Shown here in pieces: positions 26,109 to 34,142 of a stretch of DNA of 37,182 nt; position 1 is the first letter of the stretch; every line of letters starts with the position of its first letter. The position numbers were made by a program, and so were the translations under genes. The notes beneath the pieces were generated by a model. The model was not told the origin of the DNA. It made no database searches and saw only the letters and a program-made list of their open reading frames with translations. Source of the stretch: a virus (lineage: Duplodnaviria > Caudoviricetes); IMG/VR virus record IMGVR_UViG_3300027653_000005, positions 1 to 37,182 of that record, one strand, 5' to 3'.

Positions 26109-26446
26109 ACCACCACGATCGATAATTCCGGCACGCCTCGCACCGGCCCAGAATCAAACAACGCACGGTACAACACGTTCACTTGCACCGCTAACGTCGA
26201 ATCAGGCGGTAAGTACGTGAACCCCATCCCGCCCATAATCACGGCGGATACGTCGTGCCAATCCGTGCGTACCTCGCCTTGAATAATCGGAGCAACCCGC
26301 ACCCCGAACAGCTCACCAGCCGATACTTCCACACTTACAAGCGCAACAGCTTCCACCGTGGATAAGCGCACACCAACCGTGTAATCCTGCCCAGCCCCCC
26401 AACCAGACAAAAGAAACGCCGCTAGGAGTAGGAGCCACTTTCTCAT
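26102..26446 (-). CDS. Exported beta-strand protein, outer-membrane-protein-like
   Basis: Signal peptide, alternating hydrophobic strands and a C-terminal Trp. Confidence 0.55.
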   Translation of the reverse strand: MRKWLLLLAAFLLSGWGAGQDYTVGVRLSTVEAVALVSVEVSAGELFGVRVAPIIQGEVRTDWHDVSAVIMGGMGFTYLPPDSTLAVQVNVLYRALFDSGPVRGVPELSIVVVW

Positions 26447-26946
26447 CGCAAACCCAACCGCCCACGAGCCGCATCAACAACCTTCGCACGCTCACCCTCA
26501 TCAACAATCGGAGTCGCTTTCGGCAACGCCTTCACCACAGCCAACTCTGCCTCGACTTGACTTTCTAGGAACTTATGCACCGCCGCTTCGCTACCAAGCT
26601 CACCAAGGAGCCGCTCACGAGCTTGCTGGGTAAGACTACCCCACGCACTCGCCACGGCCTTATTCAACGCCGCTACGGCTTCCTCACGAGTCAATTTGCC
26701 ATCACTCGCCGCCGCCTTCAAATCATTCACCGCGATTTGCGCTGTTTCTTTCACTGCAACTTCAACCGCTCGCGTGACCTCATCCAGTACGCGGCGCACG
26801 GTTTCATTATCCACCCGCGCCTCGAGGAACCCACGAATCGCTGTGAACAACGCGGGAATACCCCACGCCAACACGGCGCTCAATAACGCCGCAATTGCAG
26901 GTACAACAATCTCATAAATTAATTGCGAAAATTCCACCAACACCAC
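26443..26946 (-). CDS. Holin-like protein (single N-terminal TM, LL-H-like)
   Basis: N-terminal TM plus AVEVAVKETAQ...DLKAAASDGKLT...FLESQVEAEL; adjacent to the endolysin. Confidence 0.7.
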   Translation of the reverse strand: MVLVEFSQLIYEIVVPAIAALLSAVLAWGIPALFTAIRGFLEARVDNETVRRVLDEVTRAVEVAVKETAQIAVNDLKAAASDGKLTREEAVAALNKAVASAWGSLTQQARERLLGELGSEAAVHKFLESQVEAELAVVKALPKATPIVDEGERAKVVDAARGRLGLR

Positions 26947-26967
26947 CCCTTCAAGCCTTGCCTCGCC

Positions 26968-27651
26968 CTACTTTACCGCATCGCGAATGTCAACCCAAAC
27001 CCGCGCCCCGTTATGAGACAATCGCACGACAACTTCCTCATCGCCTGTTAGGTCGAACACTTGCAATTGCTTGCCCCGGTGAGTTACCACGAGCTTCCTA
27101 TCGCCCAGCAGCTCACCCTTCCAGAACCGCAACCGCTCAATACGCCCCGGCAACCCATTCAGCCCACCATTGATAATCTTCGTCACACTCTCAATATCGT
27201 CACGCTCCGCAGCCTCATCAAGCAACGGTCGCTCATTCCAGAACCACACTGCGCACTCTGCCGCAATCACCGGATCAAGCAGCAAATCGGGATTGCCCAC
27301 CACGTCATGCCCCGAGGCCTTCGCGAACTTCGCGTAATTCGCCCGCCCCGTGAGTTGGATAAACCCCCGCCCACGGAACCGCCACCCGTCACCCTCAAGG
27401 TAATTCCCGAGCCTCGACCCGTACACGTGATTAGCAATAACCTCCGCTTTGCCTGCCATTTTGCCCGCGGTGACGGGATTAAAGCGATTAGGCCAAATCT
27501 CTAGCAATCGCTTCGCGGAGTAATTCAAATTCTCCTCTAAAAACTTGAACCCCCCGGACTCCCAATCCACTTGCGCCATGAAATGACAAAGGCGCAGGGA
27601 ACTCAACCCCCCGCGCCTTGCAGCATCAAGAACAACCGCCCTTAATCCCAT
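26968..27651 (-). CDS. Endolysin, glycoside hydrolase family 19
   Basis: Motifs HFMAQVDWESGGF, GDGWRFRGRGFIQLTGRANY and VTKIINGGLNGL. Confidence 0.92.
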   Translation of the reverse strand: MGLRAVVLDAARRGGLSSLRLCHFMAQVDWESGGFKFLEENLNYSAKRLLEIWPNRFNPVTAGKMAGKAEVIANHVYGSRLGNYLEGDGWRFRGRGFIQLTGRANYAKFAKASGHDVVGNPDLLLDPVIAAECAVWFWNERPLLDEAAERDDIESVTKIINGGLNGLPGRIERLRFWKGELLGDRKLVVTHRGKQLQVFDLTGDEEVVVRLSHNGARVWVDIRDAVK

Positions 27652-27887
27652 TCCCCATCACCAAACTCGCCAAACTCATCGCCATCATCATCCTCTGGCA
27701 ATTCCTCAATAATGAGCGGCACGAAAATAAGCCCGCCGCGATACTCCGGCGCGCCCTCACGAGCAGATTGCCGCTCCTCATCAAAATCAGACGGCAACGC
27801 CTCGTACTCCACAACCTTTCCCTGCGCCTTATAAACCAATTCCCCATCAACAATAAACCCGCGCTTCACTCTCGCCATTCGCACCAC
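27642..27887 (-). CDS. Small acidic tail-associated hypothetical protein
   Basis: 81 aa between the TR remnant and the endolysin. Confidence 0.6.
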   Translation of the reverse strand: MVRMARVKRGFIVDGELVYKAQGKVVEYEALPSDFDEERQSAREGAPEYRGGLIFVPLIIEELPEDDDGDEFGEFGDGEWD

Positions 27888-27917
27888 TCCAATCTACGCC
27901 GCTAAATCAGCAGCACT

Positions 27918-27987
27918 AATCAAAAAACGAGCCTCACGCGCCGGCATTGGAACCATTGTTCCAGTTGCCGCCGAACTGAATCACGCG
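27918..27987 (-). repeat. Degenerate DGR template repeat (TR) with an internal deletion
   Basis: 27937-27987 reads RVIQFGGNWNNGSNAGA with AAC/AAT codons and is 37/51 nt identical to the VR. It is followed by an ARFL remnant. Confidence 0.8.
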
Positions 27988-28026
27988 AGCGCCCAAAATC
28001 CCTATGAAACCCATACTATCACACCC

Positions 28027-28048
28027 GCAGGTGGGAAGACCCCCCTGC
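28027..28048. promoter_or_regulatory. GC-rich hairpin downstream of the VR (DGR target-recognition hairpin-like)
   Basis: GCAGG-T-GGG-AAGA-CCC-C-CCTGC: 8 pairs, one mismatch and a 4-nt loop, 6 nt after the RBP stop. Confidence 0.65.
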
Positions 28049-28054
28049 ACCCCC

Positions 28055-29716
28055 CTAAGCGACTTTCCTAAGGAGGCGCGCACCGATGCTCACGCTCGTG
28101 CCCGAGGCCGCGGTATTTCCGGTCATTAAGAAGGCCCCGGCGTGGGATCCAGCGTTCCAGAAACCGCCGAACAAGAGCACGCGCCAGCCGGTTGTAGTGA
28201 TGTACCACCTATCCGCATAGTACGTCGACGACGACCCGCCCGTACCCACCGGCAACGCCGCAAAAGCAAGCAACGGGTCAAACCCCAACTCGGTAATATA
28301 TTGCGCATCATTCGGCGACAAGGCGTACCCGAGCGGTTCGTAATCCGGACCGGCTGCCACGTTCGAAACATATTTGCTTGCATCCCGCGCTATCCACGCC
28401 TCGCCATCTGTGATGTTAATCCCGTCAACCCATTCGTAAATGTTGCCCCACAAGTTTTCCACCCAGCGGTACTTCATGGGCATTCGCGCCCCCGTATTAC
28501 CAAGCGAACCGCTTGCAGCTTGCACCACATCGAGCGCACCGGTGGGCCACCCGAATGACCACACCACTTCGCCACCATCAACATCTACCGGGTTGCCATC
28601 AAACGTGATGAAATCACCGGTTAAATCAATTATTTTCCGCCCACGAAACACGGAGCTGTTACCGCGACTGGCGCCAATCCCGATGAGTTGCCCAACATCG
28701 AAATGAACATCAGCACCTTCAACCTCAACCGTGTTCGTGCCTTGCGCAGCGCTTAGAATCACGCGGGAATCATCGTAACTCATGCCCACGGCGCCTTCCA
28801 TGACGCTTTGTGAATTGAGGGTAGCGAACTCAATCACGAATAACATTTGCATCATGAACATTGCCTCAACATCCATGATTTGCCCACCGGGAGTTTCACG
28901 CGCCGCCGTCCGAAAATCCACGATATTTGTTGCGGCGGTGGGCGCTAATCCCGGCTTACTCACGAGTGCCCCGCCCTCAATCACGCCGTTATAACGCCCA
29001 ATAAGAAACCTATCCAACTCAAGTCCCGTAGAGAAATCAGTGAACGCATTCCACCGCTGAAAACCCGCATGCCACTTCTCACTGACCTCCAATTGCCACC
29101 AATCCGGACCGCTAGAAACACGGTAATAAAACTTGCCAATCTCAACAACGTGATTCCCGAACTCATCCACCGTAGGGTAAATGTTCCGGTACACCGGCGC
29201 AGTATCGAAATCGTTTTGAACAAACGAACCATCCACACCAATGTTCGCAACAAGACCGACCGCATCTTTAATTCGCACACATGTTGGGTCACTGCCCTTA
29301 TCCCAACGCACCCCGAGAATCTCACTGCCGGTATACGCAACGTTAATCACCGGCTTTTTCGGGTTCGACTTATCAATCGTCACACCCGTGCCTGCCTCAA
29401 CATCAAGCAAGCCAACATTAATCTCTTTCCACACCGCCGCGCCAACCGTCGCATCCGTCAACACGTAATACGCCGGCGGCGATTCATTATCCTTCACCCA
29501 CGTCGCACCAACACCAAACCCCTCACTCGCATCATTATGCACAGAAGGAGCCAACGGACCAACATACGAAGCGCCCTTCAACAACTTACGCATCTCTTGA
29601 ACCGTTAAAGTCTTATCACGATCACCCACCGGCTCCGAAACATCCATCACCGGCAACCGATCCGCATTCTGCAATTGATCCGCCGTAATTGGCGGCTTGT
29701 CACCCCAACGAGCCAT
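28055..29716 (-). CDS. Receptor-binding tail protein with a C-terminal C-type-lectin (DGR-target-like) domain
   Basis: ENLWGNIYEWVDG and RVLLFGGFWNAGSHAGAF...SIGARL are CLec/Mtd-type motifs; N-terminal adaptor DRLPVMD...KTLTVQEM. Confidence 0.85.
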   Translation of the reverse strand: MARWGDKPPITADQLQNADRLPVMDVSEPVGDRDKTLTVQEMRKLLKGASYVGPLAPSVHNDASEGFGVGATWVKDNESPPAYYVLTDATVGAAVWKEINVGLLDVEAGTGVTIDKSNPKKPVINVAYTGSEILGVRWDKGSDPTCVRIKDAVGLVANIGVDGSFVQNDFDTAPVYRNIYPTVDEFGNHVVEIGKFYYRVSSGPDWWQLEVSEKWHAGFQRWNAFTDFSTGLELDRFLIGRYNGVIEGGALVSKPGLAPTAATNIVDFRTAARETPGGQIMDVEAMFMMQMLFVIEFATLNSQSVMEGAVGMSYDDSRVILSAAQGTNTVEVEGADVHFDVGQLIGIGASRGNSSVFRGRKIIDLTGDFITFDGNPVDVDGGEVVWSFGWPTGALDVVQAASGSLGNTGARMPMKYRWVENLWGNIYEWVDGINITDGEAWIARDASKYVSNVAAGPDYEPLGYALSPNDAQYITELGFDPLLAFAALPVGTGGSSSTYYADRWYITTTGWRVLLFGGFWNAGSHAGAFLMTGNTAASGTSVSIGARLLRKVA

Positions 29717-29728
29717 AAAAAATCACCC

Positions 29729-31798
29729 CTAATTTTGTTTCGACGGCTGCCCGTCATCAAGCATCCAAAACTCACCACTATCGAGCTGTAAAAACTCCGT
29801 CGACGGTGCCGGATGCACCGCGCCACTACTTGACGGGTTCGGAATCTCAACCTGAATATCCACGCTGAACACCCCACCCGCAGCGTGCCCTACGCGGTAC
29901 TGTCGACCAACAAGTACCCCAACTTCCCCTGTTGGTAATGATACAACGCGCCCCACGTGCTCATTCCGCACCTTCGCTGAACCAATCGCCGTGAGACTAA
30001 GCGTGCGCGTAACCATTGGCTGCAAACCACGAAGCACACCACCCGTCGCAATCGCCTCTAACTGCGGAACACGAACATCGTACCCCTCCACAGTCAACGA
30101 TTTTTCAACAACCCCATACACATCCTGCGACAACTTAATCGCGTTACCACCACCCGGCGCTGGCACGAAATCACCATCAGTAAGCACACCGTACTGGCCA
30201 GACAATGACGACGTGGAGCGCTTAATCGCCGTTGTAGCATCCGCAAGCGCCACCTCAAGCACAATCGTGTACCAACCGCCCGTAGCCCAAAAGTAATTCT
30301 GAAGGGATTGCCAATCCGCAACCGTGAAAATCACACCACCCGCAGTTTCAGACCACCGCGCCCGCAGCTTCACCCAACGATCAAGCGGAGAATCGGGATG
30401 CTGCCACGTCACCACATCCACTGTTTGCCCCGTAAATGGAATGAAATCATTATGAATCGCCACAACCGCCGCTGCTTTCGAAGCATGCACCTGCTCAACG
30501 GGGCCGTCGCCTTCAGCGCGTGAGAAGAACTCTGCAGCTGCCGCGTTTAACATGAATGACCCGCCGGAATCACGCAGCTTAATCCCATCACCGGCTACTA
30601 ATTGGTCCTCCTCGCTAATAACCCACGCGGCGGGCAATTGCTCACTTGGGTTCGCCATCCACTTCAACCCTGCTTGCAGCGGCCCGGACCCGGTGATTGG
30701 CGGTTGCAGGTTCGCGCGATTTGGTGGCGTGTACCAGATTGCACCGGCGTTTGTGGTCGTGTTACGCCCGAACAGGCGATGCCCGCCGATTTGAAACCAC
30801 GCTGGTTCAAGCACGCCAACGTTTTCCTGTTCCGTGACGGGGTACGCCTGCACTGTCCAACGATTCGTAATGTTCAATAAATCAGGCTTACCTTCGCTAA
30901 TGCTTACAATGTCGCGGTGCTCAAGGTTAATTGGTGAATCATCCGCATCAGGGCCGTAAGCAGGCACGATTTGCAACCGCCCAGCTTCGTCTTGCCGCCA
31001 CACCGTGCCCGGAAACGGTGAAAGTAAATCTTCCAGCACATCCAACATGCTGTACTCACGACCCGACGGGCCAGACTCACGGGCATACAACAATCCCCTC
31101 ACGGTGAGCCTGCCCATCTCTGGCGCTGCTCTGTAATCCGCTGGGGTCCCCATGTCCGCGGTGAGTGTTCGAAGGTCAGGAACAGGCGCGTAATCAAACC
31201 ACGGGAACATTAAATTCCCGTCTGAATCTTTCGCGTCATTCTTCCAGAAGTTAAAAACGTACTCGATTGCTTGCTTCGCGGTGCGGTCATCGCCCGGGTT
31301 CCACTCAATGCGTGGCGTGATAGCACGCGCCATGAGTGTGAGAATTGTTGCACCGCTTGCCGTGATGACACCACCCGGGTTTTGCGTCGGACGCGGGTAC
31401 ACAAGCAGGTCGCGATTAGGATCGTGCCGTGAGCGTGTAACTTCCCGGTGAGCGAGCACCTCTTCACTGTTTAACCTTGCGAACACGCTGTACTCGCCAT
31501 TGAAGCCAACGTCAATCGCTGGGGCGTCAACCGTATCCAACAGTGAGCCGGTATCGATGCTCGTGAATACACCTAATTCGTTTACAGCGCCGACGCCTAC
31601 GAATGGAACACGCCACCACGCGTACCCCTGCACATCTGTGAGACTATACAAGTTACCGAGGCCCCAACCCCGCCCAAGAAATGACCGCGAATCAACCGCC
31701 CCATCATCCGGCAACTCCGCACTAACCGTGACAACTGGAATTACCGGAGGCGTGAAACGCAAACCACTCTCAAGAGTAAAGGGGTTAAGGCCAGCCAT
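29729..31798 (-). CDS. Tail tip / baseplate hub-like protein
   Basis: 689 aa in the tail-tip block; WRQDEAGRLQIVP is hub-like. Confidence 0.65.
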   Translation of the reverse strand: MAGLNPFTLESGLRFTPPVIPVVTVSAELPDDGAVDSRSFLGRGWGLGNLYSLTDVQGYAWWRVPFVGVGAVNELGVFTSIDTGSLLDTVDAPAIDVGFNGEYSVFARLNSEEVLAHREVTRSRHDPNRDLLVYPRPTQNPGGVITASGATILTLMARAITPRIEWNPGDDRTAKQAIEYVFNFWKNDAKDSDGNLMFPWFDYAPVPDLRTLTADMGTPADYRAAPEMGRLTVRGLLYARESGPSGREYSMLDVLEDLLSPFPGTVWRQDEAGRLQIVPAYGPDADDSPINLEHRDIVSISEGKPDLLNITNRWTVQAYPVTEQENVGVLEPAWFQIGGHRLFGRNTTTNAGAIWYTPPNRANLQPPITGSGPLQAGLKWMANPSEQLPAAWVISEEDQLVAGDGIKLRDSGGSFMLNAAAAEFFSRAEGDGPVEQVHASKAAAVVAIHNDFIPFTGQTVDVVTWQHPDSPLDRWVKLRARWSETAGGVIFTVADWQSLQNYFWATGGWYTIVLEVALADATTAIKRSTSSLSGQYGVLTDGDFVPAPGGGNAIKLSQDVYGVVEKSLTVEGYDVRVPQLEAIATGGVLRGLQPMVTRTLSLTAIGSAKVRNEHVGRVVSLPTGEVGVLVGRQYRVGHAAGGVFSVDIQVEIPNPSSSGAVHPAPSTEFLQLDSGEFWMLDDGQPSKQN

Positions 31799-31803
31799 TC
31801 ACA

Positions 31804-32661
31804 TCACCAACTAATTTTCAAATCGCCAAGAGAAAGCACGTCACCACTGGAGAAGGTGGGTCCACCCGCAGGGCCGAAATTAATCGCATAGAACCGAGTG
31901 CCCGCGGCTAAAAAGTCAATGTGACTGCACTCTCCAGGCGAGGACACTTGAACCTCCGCTGCAATCCTGATCCCATACTGACCATCCGCCTGCGCATGAA
32001 AGCTCGCCTCGGCAAACAAGTTCGAGAGCTCCCTAAGAAACACGGTCCCCGAGCCAAGCCCCGCCACGGTGCTAAGCGATCGCAAGGTGTTGCTTCCAAA
32101 ACTCCAAAGGAACGACCATGTCGCATCAGTGAAGTTTCCGGCCCCAGAAATATTGATCGGCCCAGCCCCAGATCCAACAGCACTAATCAAAAACTTGTAC
32201 TCAAGCGTAAGGCTCGCCCCGCTCGGCACAACAATCGGCGATGCACTGCCCCCGCTATCCTCGAACACACCGGCCGTATTTATATTCGCGCCCGCACTGT
32301 CCGAGTGGGAAAAACCCCATGTATGCAACGTTTTACCCCCCACCTGCCCAGAAGAGAAGGACGCAATCATTGACTCCCCATTATCGCCTGGGCCAGTACC
32401 ACTCCAGAGCATGCTTCGAGACCCGCACACTACGCGAGCTTCCTCATCATTCAATTGGGTAGTGGCGGCCGTTATCGACTGCGCAGACGACCCCACGGCG
32501 CACGCGTGAGTAATCGACCCAGTGCCAAATATCCCATTACCGTGAATATTCGCACGGCCCTGATCCAGCACCATGTTATGCTGCACGCGCTCCTCAATAA
32601 TCACACCCGCCGCGCTCCGAACAATTGCCCGACAAACATTAGACCCAAAACCCAACTTCAT
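31804..32661 (-). CDS. Minor tail protein
   Basis: Gly/Ser-rich beta protein; HNMVLDQG...CAVGSS N-terminus. Confidence 0.6.
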   Translation of the reverse strand: MKLGFGSNVCRAIVRSAAGVIIEERVQHNMVLDQGRANIHGNGIFGTGSITHACAVGSSAQSITAATTQLNDEEARVVCGSRSMLWSGTGPGDNGESMIASFSSGQVGGKTLHTWGFSHSDSAGANINTAGVFEDSGGSASPIVVPSGASLTLEYKFLISAVGSGAGPINISGAGNFTDATWSFLWSFGSNTLRSLSTVAGLGSGTVFLRELSNLFAEASFHAQADGQYGIRIAAEVQVSSPGECSHIDFLAAGTRFYAINFGPAGGPTFSSGDVLSLGDLKISW

Positions 32662-33642
32662 TTACGTCACACTCCCTGAACTAATCGGCGTGACGGTAAC
32701 AACCAACTCATCGCCGTACTCTGTTTCAGGCGGCCCAATCATGGCCCCTGCACTAATCGGAGTCACCAACACCGGCAACTCATCACTTTCCTCCACTAAT
32801 CCGTGGAACACGCTTCCAGATGATATTGCCGTAACCGTGACTGGCAACTCATCCGGATCGATAAGCTGAACGCCTTCATAATAAACACCCGACGCAATCG
32901 GAGTTACCGAAAACGCCAACGAATCATCAAGGTGGGTAGGGTTATACCGCAATCCCGACGCAATCGGCGACACCGTGAGCGCCAACGCATCCTGCGAGAA
33001 CGTAGGAGAGAAATACCCCTCCGACACCAACACTTTCACAAGCTCCCCCGACGTGTTCGACGACACCGGCAACTGAAAACCACCCGGAAACGTCAAAACC
33101 CTTTCCACCATCACGCGCTCACTAAACGTTTCAATCACTGACGTGCCCGACGATCCAACAACGGCCACCGCAACCTCATTAAACGTGTTCGATACAAACC
33201 CGAACACATCAATATTCCCATACTCTTGCGCCCAAATCACATCACTCGCAACAACGAACGAAATAACATTATTCGCCACCCACTCCACTTGCCACGTGGA
33301 ACCATTCCAAAACACCCACCGCGCCCGAGACCCATCCACACAGCCAATAACAAGACGGCCAACGCCATCCATTGCTGCACTGAACACGTTGCGACTTGCA
33401 GGCATGACACTGCCAATCCACGGATGCCCCTGCACCGCTACAATCGACCAATTACCATCGCCATCATCACGGTACAAATTCAAGACACGATCACGCTCAA
33501 GCACCAAGGCATAAGCCACGCCACTTGCTTCCCACATGTTCGACGGTGCTACATTCATCTCACCGCCACGAAACAGGAATAACTCCGCCGTGTAAAACGG
33601 AGTGCCCCCACGCCTGCGAACAAACGGCCGTAATACACTCAT
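32662..33642 (-). CDS. Minor tail protein with five C-terminal repeats
   Basis: Beta-rich N-terminus; five copies of DxLxxxV(T/S)(P/A)Ix(S/A)G. Confidence 0.6.
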   Translation of the reverse strand: MSVLRPFVRRRGGTPFYTAELFLFRGGEMNVAPSNMWEASGVAYALVLERDRVLNLYRDDGDGNWSIVAVQGHPWIGSVMPASRNVFSAAMDGVGRLVIGCVDGSRARWVFWNGSTWQVEWVANNVISFVVASDVIWAQEYGNIDVFGFVSNTFNEVAVAVVGSSGTSVIETFSERVMVERVLTFPGGFQLPVSSNTSGELVKVLVSEGYFSPTFSQDALALTVSPIASGLRYNPTHLDDSLAFSVTPIASGVYYEGVQLIDPDELPVTVTAISSGSVFHGLVEESDELPVLVTPISAGAMIGPPETEYGDELVVTVTPISSGSVT

Positions 33643-34142
33643 TGGAAAGCTCCCAGAGACCGCGCCAACACAACACCCGTACCGGCAATAAAAACACTAT
33701 CAACCGGCGTGAGCGTCACATCCACCCGCCACGCACCAAACGTGCCACGCACCGTCGGAGTCACATCAAGTATCCCCCACCCTGCTACCGGCGCGGCATC
33801 ACCTGCTAATTGAAACTCAACTTTGACAAGCTCACCCGAGGCAATCACACAATCCCGATACAAACTAATCGATTGATTAACCTGACCCCGCAAATCAGCC
33901 GCCAACGCCGCCAGAGTACGCGCATGACCTTCAAACCCCAGCCCCGAACCTTCCACAGTGAACGCAACCGGCCGACGAGTAGCCAACAAGCCCTGCACAC
34001 CCGTGAGTTGCTCACTCTTCAACACCGACATCTCAACCGCACCAAACCGAGGCGGCGACACGACGGGATTGAACCAATCAAGCGGCGCTTTAGAATCATC
34101 ACGCACACCGACATAAACCTCGCTAGAAAAACGTACTTGCAT
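33639..34142 (-). CDS. Putative distal tail protein
   Basis: 167 aa, immediately downstream of the tape measure gene. Confidence 0.55.
   Translation of the reverse strand: MQVRFSSEVYVGVRDDSKAPLDWFNPVVSPPRFGAVEMSVLKSEQLTGVQGLLATRRPVAFTVEGSGLGFEGHARTLAALAADLRGQVNQSISLYRDCVIASGELVKVEFQLAGDAAPVAGWGILDVTPTVRGTFGAWRVDVTLTPVDSVFIAGTGVVLARSLGAFQ

Noticed and set aside
27900-28055. An active, complete DGR
   Set aside because: No RT (no YxDD-type ORF) or avd is visible, the TR is internally deleted, and it differs from the VR at seven non-adenine positions.
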